A stretch of DNA of 64,000 nt. Origin: Sphingomonas sp. (lineage in GTDB: Bacteria; Pseudomonadota; Alphaproteobacteria; Sphingomonadales; Sphingomonadaceae). The stretch lies in assembly GCF_039594485.1 (NCBI RefSeq), contig NZ_JBCNNI010000002.1:19715-83714 (forward strand), in the 5' to 3' direction. Both the position numbers and the translations under genes were made by a program. Shown piece after piece: positions 36,883 to 45,055 of this stretch; position 1 is the stretch's first letter; each line of letters opens with the position of its first letter. The notes under the pieces are model-generated. The model ran no database searches, was not told the origin of the DNA, and saw only the letters and a program-made list of their open reading frames with translations.

Positions 36883-37776
36883 CTAATCCACCGTCACCAG
36901 CGTCCGGCTCCCCCGCACGCTGTCGAAGGCATAGAGCGCACACCCCGTCCAGATCAGCGCGAAGGTGACGATATGGACCGGCCGAAGCGGCTCCCCGAAC
37001 AGCAACACGGCCTGCGCGAATTGCAGCGTCGGCGCGAGATACTGGAGCAGCCCCAGCGTCGCATAGCGCAGCCGCCGCGCCGCCGCCGCGAACATCAGCA
37101 AGGGCACCGCCGTCACCGCGCCCGCCAGGATCAGCAACAGGTCCAGATGCCGGTCCACCCCGAAGACGGCCGTGCCGTCGGCATTCGCATGGATCAACAC
37201 CGCCAGCGCGGGTCCGGCGAGCAGTGCGGTCTCGACCGTCAGCCCGCCCAGCGCATCGATCGCCGCGATCTTGCGGACGAAGCCGTAGAATCCGAACGAC
37301 AGGGCCAGCGCCAACGAGATCCAGATCGCCCCGCCCCCGCTGATCGCGAGTACCAAGACACCAAGCGCGGCGATCCCCACCGCCACCGCCTGCCCCCGCC
37401 GAATCCGCTCGCCGAGCAGCGCGACGCCCAGGGCGACATTGATCAGCGGGTTGATGAAATAGCCGAGACTCGCCTCCAGGACATGATCATGCTGGACCGA
37501 CCAGATATAGATCAGCCAATTGACCGCGATCAGCGCGGCGCTGACGCACAGCAGGAGCAGGGTCCGTCCCCGCGCCGCCGCCAGGATCGCCCGGCCGCGC
37601 TTGGCGATGAGAACCACCACCGCCAGCAGCAGAAGCGACCAGAGGATGCGATGCGACAGCACCTGAAGCGCGGGCACGCCCTTCAGCAGCTTGAGGTACA
37701 GGGGCAGGATACCCCAGGAGACATAGGCCCCGATGCCGAGCCACAGGCCGGTGCGTGCATTGCGATCGGTCGTCAT
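36883..37776 (-). CDS. rarD: EamA-family transporter RarD
   Basis: Ten-TM EamA/RarD-type sequence (GLWLGIGAYVSWGILPLYLKLL). Start chosen at MTTDRNA (AGGGG upstream); the ORF could extend to 37812. Confidence 0.85.
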   Translation of the reverse strand: MTTDRNARTGLWLGIGAYVSWGILPLYLKLLKGVPALQVLSHRILWSLLLLAVVVLIAKRGRAILAAARGRTLLLLCVSAALIAVNWLIYIWSVQHDHVLEASLGYFINPLINVALGVALLGERIRRGQAVAVGIAALGVLVLAISGGGAIWISLALALSFGFYGFVRKIAAIDALGGLTVETALLAGPALAVLIHANADGTAVFGVDRHLDLLLILAGAVTAVPLLMFAAAARRLRYATLGLLQYLAPTLQFAQAVLLFGEPLRPVHIVTFALIWTGCALYAFDSVRGSRTLVTVD

Positions 37777-37936
37777 GCCGCCCCTGTTCCACGCGCGCAT
37801 GGCGAATGGCAAGCCCGGAGGGGCCGTCCGCGATCATGCCCCCGAGGGTCGATCGGAGCGCGGCGTCCATCCCATTCCCGCCTCCGTTCACGCCATGCGA
37901 TGTCGAAGCCTGCGCCCTATCTCGCCCAGGCCCCTC

Positions 37937-39235
37937 TCAATCCGCGAACAGCATCACCGGCGTTTCGAGCAATGTCTTCAACGCCTGGACATAGCTTGCC
38001 GCGTCATAGCCATCGACCACGCGGTGATCGCAACTGATCGACAGGTTCATCAACTTGGCGCGCGCGATCGTCTCGCCCCCGTGCCCGTCAGAGCGGAAGA
38101 CGGGGCGCTCGACGATGCGGTTGGGGCCGATGATCGCCACCTCCGGCCGGTTGATCACCGGCGTCGTCGCGATGCCGCCAAGCGGCCCCAGCGAGGTCAG
38201 TGTGATCGTACCGCCGCCCATGTCGGTGCCGGCGATGCTTCCCGCCCGCGCCGCATCGGCCAGCCGTGCGATCTCGGTCGCAAGCTGCCAGACATTGCGG
38301 CCCTCGGCATGGCGGATGACGGGGACCATCAGTCCGGCGGGGGTCTGCGTCGCCATGCCCATATGGACCGCGCCCGAGCGCGTCACCACGCCCGCCTCGT
38401 CATCATAGCGGGCGTTGAGCATCGGGAAGTCGGGCAGCGTCTTGCAGATCGCGACGATGAGTAGCGGCAACAGCGTCAGCTTGGGCCGGTTGCCGCGCCC
38501 GGCGTTCAGCTGCGCCCTGGTGTCCTCCAGCGCGGTGACGTCGATTTCCTCGACATAGGTGAAGTGCGGGATGGCGCGCTTGGAGGCGGCCATGTTCTCG
38601 GCGATGCGGCGGCGCATGCCGATGACGCGCACCGTCTCATCGGCGCGGGGCGCGCGGGCGGGGGTGTAGCCCTGCGCGGAGCCGTAGCGGAGGAAGGCGT
38701 CGAGGTCGGAATGGCGCACGCGGTCGCCCTCGGCAGGCTTCACGCTCGACAGGTCAATGCCCAAATCCCGCGCCCGCGCACGAACGGCGGGCGACGCCAG
38801 TACCTTCTTCTGCTCCCTCTCCCCTTGTGGAAGAGGGTCAGGGTGGGGGGGAGCCACGGAGGTTTCGGCTTGCGGCGCCGCCCCCTCACCCCGGCCCTCT
38901 CCCACAGGGGGAGAGGGAGATTGCACTTCTTCGACGCCGGGGTTTTCGGCTTCGAGCACCGCCTCTTCGGTCGCAGGCGACGCTTCCTCCACCGCATCCG
39001 TCTCGATCACCATCAGCGCCGAGCCGATCGGCACCTGATCGCCGACCTCGCCCGCCAGTTCGACGACCGTACCCGAGACGGGCGATTCCATCTCAACCGT
39101 CGCCTTGTCGGTCATCATGTCGGCGACCGACTGATCTTCCTCGACCCGGTCGCCCAGCTTCACATGCCAGGCGACGATCTCGGCCTCGGAAATGCCTTCG
39201 CCGATATCGGGCAGGCGGAAGGTGAAACGAGCCAT
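37937..39235 (-). CDS. dihydrolipoamide acyltransferase (E2) of a branched-chain-type 2-oxoacid dehydrogenase complex
   Basis: Lipoyl domain (MTDKATVEMESP), a PSBD (LASPAVRARARDLGIDL) and a catalytic domain with DHRVVDG. The linker carries a repeat-derived insertion. Confidence 0.9.
   Translation of the reverse strand: MARFTFRLPDIGEGISEAEIVAWHVKLGDRVEEDQSVADMMTDKATVEMESPVSGTVVELAGEVGDQVPIGSALMVIETDAVEEASPATEEAVLEAENPGVEEVQSPSPPVGEGRGEGAAPQAETSVAPPHPDPLPQGEREQKKVLASPAVRARARDLGIDLSSVKPAEGDRVRHSDLDAFLRYGSAQGYTPARAPRADETVRVIGMRRRIAENMAASKRAIPHFTYVEEIDVTALEDTRAQLNAGRGNRPKLTLLPLLIVAICKTLPDFPMLNARYDDEAGVVTRSGAVHMGMATQTPAGLMVPVIRHAEGRNVWQLATEIARLADAARAGSIAGTDMGGGTITLTSLGPLGGIATTPVINRPEVAIIGPNRIVERPVFRSDGHGGETIARAKLMNLSISCDHRVVDGYDAASYVQALKTLLETPVMLFAD
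38813..38919. repeat. palindromic G/C-tract repeat element inserted in frame in the E2 linker
   Basis: The left arm CTCCCTCTCCCCTTGTGGAAGAGGGTCAGGGTGGGGGGG and the right arm CCCCCTCACCCCGGCCCTCTCCCACAGGGGGAGAGGGAG form an imperfect ~39-nt inverted repeat around a ~30-nt centre. It is translated as SPSPPVGEGRGEG...PHPDPLPQGERE. Confidence 0.75.
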
Positions 39236-39236
39236 G

Positions 39237-40295
39237 TCAGGCGTCCTTCAACAGGGTCTTGAGCGCCTGGCCGATGCGGACCGGGCCGGGGAAATAGGCC
39301 CATTCCAGGCTGTGCGGATAGGGCGTGTCGAAGCCGGTCACGCGCGCGATCGGCGCTTCGAGATGATAGAAGCAGCGTTCCTGCACCAGCGCGGACAGCT
39401 CCGCGCCATAGCCGCCGGTGCGCGTCGCCTCGTGCACGATCATGCAGCGGCCGGTCTTCTTGACCGATTCCTCGATCGCCTCGATGTCGAGCGGCACCAG
39501 TGTGCGCAGGTCGAGGATCTCGGCATCGACCCCCATCTCCGCGACCACGGCGGCGCAGACATGGACCATGGTGCCGTAGCACAGGATCGTCACCGCCTCG
39601 CCCGCGCGCACCGTCGCGGCCTTGCCCAGCGGGATGCGGTAATAGCCGGTCGGCACCTCGCCGCCGGGGTGCTTCGACCAGTTCTCCGCCGGGCGATCCC
39701 AATGGCCGTTGAACGGGCCGTTATAGATTCGCTTGGGCTCGAAGAAGAGGACGGGGTCATTGTCCTCGATCGCGGCGACCAGCAGGCCCTTGGCGTCGTA
39801 AGGGGTCGCGGGGATCACCGTCTTGATGCCGGAGACATGGGTGAAGATGCCCTCCGGCGACTGGCTGTGCGTCTGCCCGCCGAAGATGCCGCCGCCAAAG
39901 GGCGAGCGCACGGTGATCGGCGCGGTGAACTCCCCCGCCGAGCGATAGCGCAGCCGCGCTGCCTCGCTGACCAACTGGTCGAGCGCGGGATAGATATAGT
40001 CGGCGAACTGGATTTCCGGCACCGGACGCAGGCCATAGGCCCCCATGCCGACCGCGACGCCGATGATGCCGCATTCGGTGATCGGCGTGTCGAACACGCG
40101 GGTCTTGCCATATTTTTTCTGAAGGCCGGCGGTGGCGCGGAAGACGCCGCCGAAATAGCCGACATCCTCGCCCATCACGACCACGTCCGGGTCGCGCGCC
40201 ATGACCACGTCCATGGCGGAATTGATCGCCTGGATCATGTTCATGCGAGTGGTTTCGCCCGTTCCGGGCGCGGTTTCGGTGGTTGGATCGCTCAT
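39237..40295 (-). CDS. 2-oxoacid dehydrogenase E1 component beta subunit
   Basis: Start at MSDPTTE (40295). MNMIQAINSAMD and VVMGEDVGYFGGVFR are typical of E1-beta. The stop lies 1 nt before the E2 start. Confidence 0.9.
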   Translation of the reverse strand: MSDPTTETAPGTGETTRMNMIQAINSAMDVVMARDPDVVVMGEDVGYFGGVFRATAGLQKKYGKTRVFDTPITECGIIGVAVGMGAYGLRPVPEIQFADYIYPALDQLVSEAARLRYRSAGEFTAPITVRSPFGGGIFGGQTHSQSPEGIFTHVSGIKTVIPATPYDAKGLLVAAIEDNDPVLFFEPKRIYNGPFNGHWDRPAENWSKHPGGEVPTGYYRIPLGKAATVRAGEAVTILCYGTMVHVCAAVVAEMGVDAEILDLRTLVPLDIEAIEESVKKTGRCMIVHEATRTGGYGAELSALVQERCFYHLEAPIARVTGFDTPYPHSLEWAYFPGPVRIGQALKTLLKDA

Positions 40296-40305
40296 TGATG
40301 ATCTT

Positions 40306-40409
40306 CCACCCCGGCGAAGGCCGGGGGCCAGGTGCGAGACGAAAGGAGGCGCGTGATGCCCTGCGGTCGCGGGGACGCGGCGACTGGACCCCGGTCTTCG
40401 CCGGGGTGG
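40306..40409. repeat. REP-like pair of hairpins bounded by a 14-bp perfect inverted repeat
   Basis: CCACCCCGGCGAAG (40306-40319) pairs with CTTCGCCGGGGTGG (40396-40409). Each end also folds locally (CCCCGGC-GAAG-GCCGGGG and ACCCCGG-TCTTCG-CCGGGGT). Lies in the E1alpha-E1beta spacer. Confidence 0.7.
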
Positions 40410-40422
40410 TGCCGAACGGCGA

Positions 40423-41718
40423 TCATTTCCGCGCCCATGGCCGTCCGCTCGCCTGTTCCTCGTCGAGCATCTGCTGGCGCTGCTCGCGAAGGTGCCAGGG
40501 CATCTCCTCGAACACCCCGTCGAACAGGCTGTCGAGCGGCTGGTGCAGGCCATGGCCGAGAATGCCGTTCGCCTCGGCGGCCTTTTGCGCGGCGCGCACC
40601 TCCTCCGCGACCTCACGGTCCTGGGTCGCGTGGCGTTCCTCGTCCCACTCGCCCAAGCCGATCAGGTGATCCTTCAACCGCCGGATCGGGTCGCCCAGCG
40701 GCCAGGCGGTCGGCTCGCCCGCCGAGCGATATTGGGTCGGATCGTCCGAGGTCGAATGGCCTTCGGTGCGATAGGTGAAATGCTCGATCAGCGTCGCGCC
40801 CTGGTTGGTCCGCGCGCGCTCGGCCGCCCATTGGGTAGCGGCATAGACCGCCAGCGCATCATTCCCATCGACCCGCAGGCCCGCAATGCCATAGCCGATC
40901 GCGCGCGCGGCAAAGGTCGTCGCCTCCGCGCCCGCGAAACCGGAAAAGCTGGAGATCGCCCATTGGTTGTTGACGACGTTCATGACGACGGGCGCGCGAT
41001 AGACCGCGGCGAAGGTGCAGGCCGAGTGGAAATCCCCCTCCGCCGTCGAGCCCTCGCCGCACCAGACCGCCGCGATCCGCGTATCGCCCTTGGCGGCCGA
41101 GGCCATCGCCCATCCCACCGCCTGCGGATATTGCGTGGTCAAATTGCCCGAGATCGAGAAGAACCCGGCCTCCCTCGCCGAATACATGATGGGCAACTGC
41201 TTGCCGCCCAGCCGATCCGCGCTGTTGGAATAGATCTGGTTCATCATGTCGACCAGCGGCCAGTCGCGCGCGATCAACAGCCCCTGCTGGCGATAGGAGG
41301 GGAAGCACATATCCTCATAGTCGAGCGCATGGGCGGCGGCGACGGCGACCGCCTCCTCGCCCAGCGCCTTCATATAGAAGCTGGTCTTGCCCTGCCGCTG
41401 TGCGCGGAACATCCGCTCGTCGAACGCGCGGAGCAGCACCATGTGGCGCAGCATCCGGCGCAGGGCATCGGGAGAGAGCCGGGGGTCCCAGGGACCGACC
41501 GCGCGGCCCTCGTCATCCAGCACGCGGACCAGGGTATAGGCGAGTTCGTGGAAGCTGTCGGCGGGCGCGGCCGTGTCCGGGCGGCGTTGCGCCCCGGCGG
41601 GAGGAACCTCGACACCGGCGAAGTCGACCGCATCGCCCGGCCGGAATTTCGGCTCGGGCACATGCAGCCGCAACGGGTCCAGGTTGGCACGCGAAATGCC
41701 TGATGGCGGCACGGCCAT
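40423..41718 (-). CDS. 2-oxoacid dehydrogenase E1 component alpha subunit (TPP-dependent)
   Basis: 431 aa. TPP-binding region CGEGSTAEGDFH...VVNNQWAIS. Confidence 0.9.
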   Translation of the reverse strand: MAVPPSGISRANLDPLRLHVPEPKFRPGDAVDFAGVEVPPAGAQRRPDTAAPADSFHELAYTLVRVLDDEGRAVGPWDPRLSPDALRRMLRHMVLLRAFDERMFRAQRQGKTSFYMKALGEEAVAVAAAHALDYEDMCFPSYRQQGLLIARDWPLVDMMNQIYSNSADRLGGKQLPIMYSAREAGFFSISGNLTTQYPQAVGWAMASAAKGDTRIAAVWCGEGSTAEGDFHSACTFAAVYRAPVVMNVVNNQWAISSFSGFAGAEATTFAARAIGYGIAGLRVDGNDALAVYAATQWAAERARTNQGATLIEHFTYRTEGHSTSDDPTQYRSAGEPTAWPLGDPIRRLKDHLIGLGEWDEERHATQDREVAEEVRAAQKAAEANGILGHGLHQPLDSLFDGVFEEMPWHLREQRQQMLDEEQASGRPWARK

Positions 41719-41856
41719 GCTCTCTCCTCAACGCTTCGCCCGATTCCGTTCGGGTCGTTGCTATCTTTCAACCCGATGGAATTTTATTTCAAGCACCTTT
41801 TGAAGGCGCCGATCGGCTGAACGCATCGCGTGATGGCTTTTCTCCCCGTGTCTCGC

Positions 41857-41947
41857 CCCACCCTCCACCCTCCACCCTCCCCCTTCCCTCTTCCCTCTTC
41901 CGGCGGGAGGGGGAGGGAGGCACGGAGCGCCGGAAGGGTGAGGGTGT
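41857..41947. repeat. CCCTCC/GGGAGG-tract palindromic intergenic element
   Basis: CACCCTCC repeats are followed by CTTCCGGCG...CGCCGGAAG (a 9-bp stem) and GGGTGAGGGTG. It shares the GGGTGAGGG/CCCTCACCC core with the element at 38813-38919. Confidence 0.6.
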
Positions 41948-41952
41948 AGAAA

Positions 41953-43923
41953 TCAATCCCCCGTGATCGCCGTCTCGAACGGCACCACCGGATGCGGGGC
42001 CTCATCATAGAAATTGACCACCGGCGCATCGGCCCAGGCATAGCGGACGCGGACGTCACCCGGCCTCGCATCGGCCAACCGCACCTCCGCCCCGTTCACC
42101 GTGGCATTGGCATAGCGGCAGGCGCTGGCATCGCACAGTTCGAAGCCGATCGGGGCGGCCGCACTCCAGGCGTGGAGCGCGCCCTGCACGCCGGTAAAGC
42201 GCAACACCACCGCGCCCTCGGTCCGCGTGGCCGAGGCGATCATCGGGCCCGACGCGTTTGCGCGGTCGCCCGCCATCAAATGCTGTTCAGCAAAGACCAG
42301 CCGCCTGGCCAGTTCGTTCTTGTCGGCCGGGTGAATGTCGTTGCGCACCCCGATATCGATCGTCGTGGCGAGCGCGGCATGGGGATCGCGCAGCACCGCC
42401 AGCCGCTGCGTCTCGCGCAGGGCCGCCCAGCCGCTATCCGCGACCTTGACCGGCGGCGCACCGAAATTCGCGAGCTGGACGATCAGGAAGGGCAGGTCGG
42501 GATTCTGGAACTGCCGCCGCCAGCCGGTCATCAGCGCGGCCAGCCGATCGCCATAATCGGCGCGGCCCACATCGGATTCCCCCTGATACCAGGCGACGCC
42601 CTTCAACCCGATCGGCCCCAGTGGCGCGATCATGCCATTGTAGAGCGTACCCAGCCCCGCATGGCTTTCCCAGGGGCTGCGCGGATAGCTCTGGTCGTCG
42701 CGCTTATAGACCGAATAGCGCCATCCGGTGCCGAGCGGGATCGGCGGTCCCCCGGCGGGGGTGAACTGGATCTTGTCGGCGGGGCCGAACATGCCGCCCG
42801 GACCATAGGTGTCGCCAAGGCCGACAACGATCTCGTTGCGGCCCTTCTTCAGCGCGGCGCGCGGAACGGTGTAGCGTCGCCAGTCGCCCCAGCCGAAGGT
42901 TGCGCCGACGACCACGCCGTTGATCCACACCGTGTCGAGTTCGTCGATCCCCGCCAGTTCGATCATCCCGTCGCCGCTCGGGGCGCTGGGCAGGTCGAAG
43001 CCCTGCCGGAACCAGACCAGGCCGTTATAGTCGGCGAGCGCGGGTACGCCCCACGCCTCCCAGGGGCCGAACTTCGGGACAGGCGCCCAGGTCAGGCGGT
43101 CGGGCGCGTTCCACGGCTCCTGCCCACGCCTGGTCCCGCTGGCCGTGCGCCACCATTCGCCCCAACGATCCCCAAAGCTGCGCAGCCCCGCCGCATGGTC
43201 GCGGGCGTAAAGCGCCAGCAGATCGGCATCGGCGGCGAGGCCGGGCAGCTTGCGCGCGTCGTCGCCCGCGATCCAGGGCAGGATCTTGGTCCCGCCCCAG
43301 CTCGAATCGATCGCGCCCATCGGCACCTTCGACCGAGCGGCAAGGTCCTTGACCATCAGATAGCAGGCGGCCGAGAAATTGGCGACGCTGGCCGGCGAAG
43401 CGGCGGCCCAGACCGGACGTTTTTCCAGCATCTCGTCGGCGGACAGGCCGACATGATGCGCCATGTCGAGCAGGCGGATATGATCATCGGCCGACATGGC
43501 GACCAGGCCTTCGCCGTTCAGCGCCTGCTTGGTCGGATATTCCATATTGGACTGACCCGAACACAACCAGACATCGCCGATCAGCAGATCGTCCATCCTG
43601 TCGACCGCGCCGTCCTTGCCGGTCGCGGTCAGGGTCAGCGCAGCGCCACCCGCCGCCATGGCGGGCAGGGTCGCGCGCCAGCGTCCCTGACGATCGGCGA
43701 CGGCATCGGCGCCTTGCTCGCCCAGCGTCACCGTCACGCGCTCGCCCGCATCCGCCACGCCCTCGACGATGATCGGCCTGTCGCGTTGCAGGACGGCATG
43801 GGCGCTCATCGGGGTCAGGATACGGGGCCGCGCCTCGGCCATCACGGGCCAGGCCGCAGCCCCAAAAGCGAGCGCCACGACCGCGCACCGGCCGACGCCC
43901 GACAGAAATTGCCCCTTCCGCAT
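41953..43923 (-). CDS. sialate O-acetylesterase family (SGNH-type) protein
   Basis: 656 aa with a signal peptide. The motif WLCSGQSNME is typical of 9-O-acetylesterases. Confidence 0.8.
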   Translation of the reverse strand: MRKGQFLSGVGRCAVVALAFGAAAWPVMAEARPRILTPMSAHAVLQRDRPIIVEGVADAGERVTVTLGEQGADAVADRQGRWRATLPAMAAGGAALTLTATGKDGAVDRMDDLLIGDVWLCSGQSNMEYPTKQALNGEGLVAMSADDHIRLLDMAHHVGLSADEMLEKRPVWAAASPASVANFSAACYLMVKDLAARSKVPMGAIDSSWGGTKILPWIAGDDARKLPGLAADADLLALYARDHAAGLRSFGDRWGEWWRTASGTRRGQEPWNAPDRLTWAPVPKFGPWEAWGVPALADYNGLVWFRQGFDLPSAPSGDGMIELAGIDELDTVWINGVVVGATFGWGDWRRYTVPRAALKKGRNEIVVGLGDTYGPGGMFGPADKIQFTPAGGPPIPLGTGWRYSVYKRDDQSYPRSPWESHAGLGTLYNGMIAPLGPIGLKGVAWYQGESDVGRADYGDRLAALMTGWRRQFQNPDLPFLIVQLANFGAPPVKVADSGWAALRETQRLAVLRDPHAALATTIDIGVRNDIHPADKNELARRLVFAEQHLMAGDRANASGPMIASATRTEGAVVLRFTGVQGALHAWSAAAPIGFELCDASACRYANATVNGAEVRLADARPGDVRVRYAWADAPVVNFYDEAPHPVVPFETAITGD

Positions 43924-44030
43924 CGTCTTCCCTCTCCTATCCGCGCTTTACGCGGTCATCGGTGTTCGCCGACCATAGGATCCCGAAAATGATAACGCTA
44001 CCGCAAAGGCATGGCGGTGTGTCCGCGCGT

Positions 44031-44876
44031 TCACGGCGCGAAGGACAGCGTGGCGTGGACCGGGAAATGATCCGAGGGATAGGTCTTGCCCCGGTGGAAG
44101 CGATCAGTCGTCACCTGATCGGCCTTGAACCCAAGCAGAAACAGATAGTCGATGCGCCGATCGGGCGTGCCGGTGAAGTCGTGGAAGGTCATGTCCGGCC
44201 CCTCGCGCCGCGTCGCACTGCGCCAGGCATCGGTCATGCTCGTCGCGAATATCCGATAGGCGGCGCTGTCCGGCCGGGCGTTCATGTCCCCCGCCAGGAT
44301 CACCGGCAACCCCTGCGCCAGCGCCGGAAGCCGCGACAGGATCAGCGTCGCCGCCCGCTCGCGCGCCGCGGCATCCTCGTCACGATGCGCCAGATGGGTG
44401 TCGACGAACAGGAAACGACGCGGCCTGGCGTCCTTCGTCTCGAACACCGCCCAGTTCGCCATGCGCGGCAGGTCGGTGCCCCAACTCATGCTCCCCACCC
44501 GATCGGACGTATCGGACAGCCAGAAGTCCCCCTGTCGGATCAGGGTCAGCCTGTCCGTGCGATAGACGATGCCCATATGCTCGTCGTCATGCCGCCCCTG
44601 CCGGTCGCGACCGAACCAGCGATAGCCGGGCAGTGCGTGCACCAGATCGTCGCCCTGCCGTTGCAGCAATTCCTGCGTACCGATCAGGTCGGGCGCGGCG
44701 CGGCGGATCAGTTCGACCATCACCGGCCGCCGCACCGCCCAGCGCTCCGCCCCCTCATCGGAGGCGTAGCGGACATTGAACGTCATGACCTTCAGCGTCT
44801 GCGCCATCGCCCCGCCCGAGGCGAGCATCAGGGCGACCGCCGCCATCTTCACGAACATCCGCCACAGCCGGGTCAT
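44031..44876 (-). CDS. endonuclease/exonuclease/phosphatase (EEP) family protein
   Basis: Start at MTRLWRMFVKMAAVALML (signal peptide, AAGGA upstream). MTFNVRY, GTQE and SDHFPV are EEP motifs. The ORF could extend to 44993. Confidence 0.8.
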   Translation of the reverse strand: MTRLWRMFVKMAAVALMLASGGAMAQTLKVMTFNVRYASDEGAERWAVRRPVMVELIRRAAPDLIGTQELLQRQGDDLVHALPGYRWFGRDRQGRHDDEHMGIVYRTDRLTLIRQGDFWLSDTSDRVGSMSWGTDLPRMANWAVFETKDARPRRFLFVDTHLAHRDEDAAARERAATLILSRLPALAQGLPVILAGDMNARPDSAAYRIFATSMTDAWRSATRREGPDMTFHDFTGTPDRRIDYLFLLGFKADQVTTDRFHRGKTYPSDHFPVHATLSFAP

Positions 44877-44994
44877 GGGATCATCCTTGCGCTTGCCTAC
44901 AGGCCCCGATCGATCCGGGGCGTACAGCCCCCTGGCGACGGAGCGTGGCAGGTCCGTGACAATCGACCTGCCGCAATCGTTTCGATTCATCATT

Positions 44995-45013
44995 GCGAAC
45001 CATTATCATTATC
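44995..45013. promoter_or_regulatory. Fur box
   Basis: The reverse complement GATAATGATAATGGTTCGC matches the first 12 nt of the 19-bp consensus GATAATGATAATCATTATC exactly. Lies in the divergent spacer upstream of the TBDR gene. Confidence 0.7.
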
Positions 45014-45055
45014 GATATTGGCCCGGCCGCCGATCGAGGAATATGGGGGACAGGG

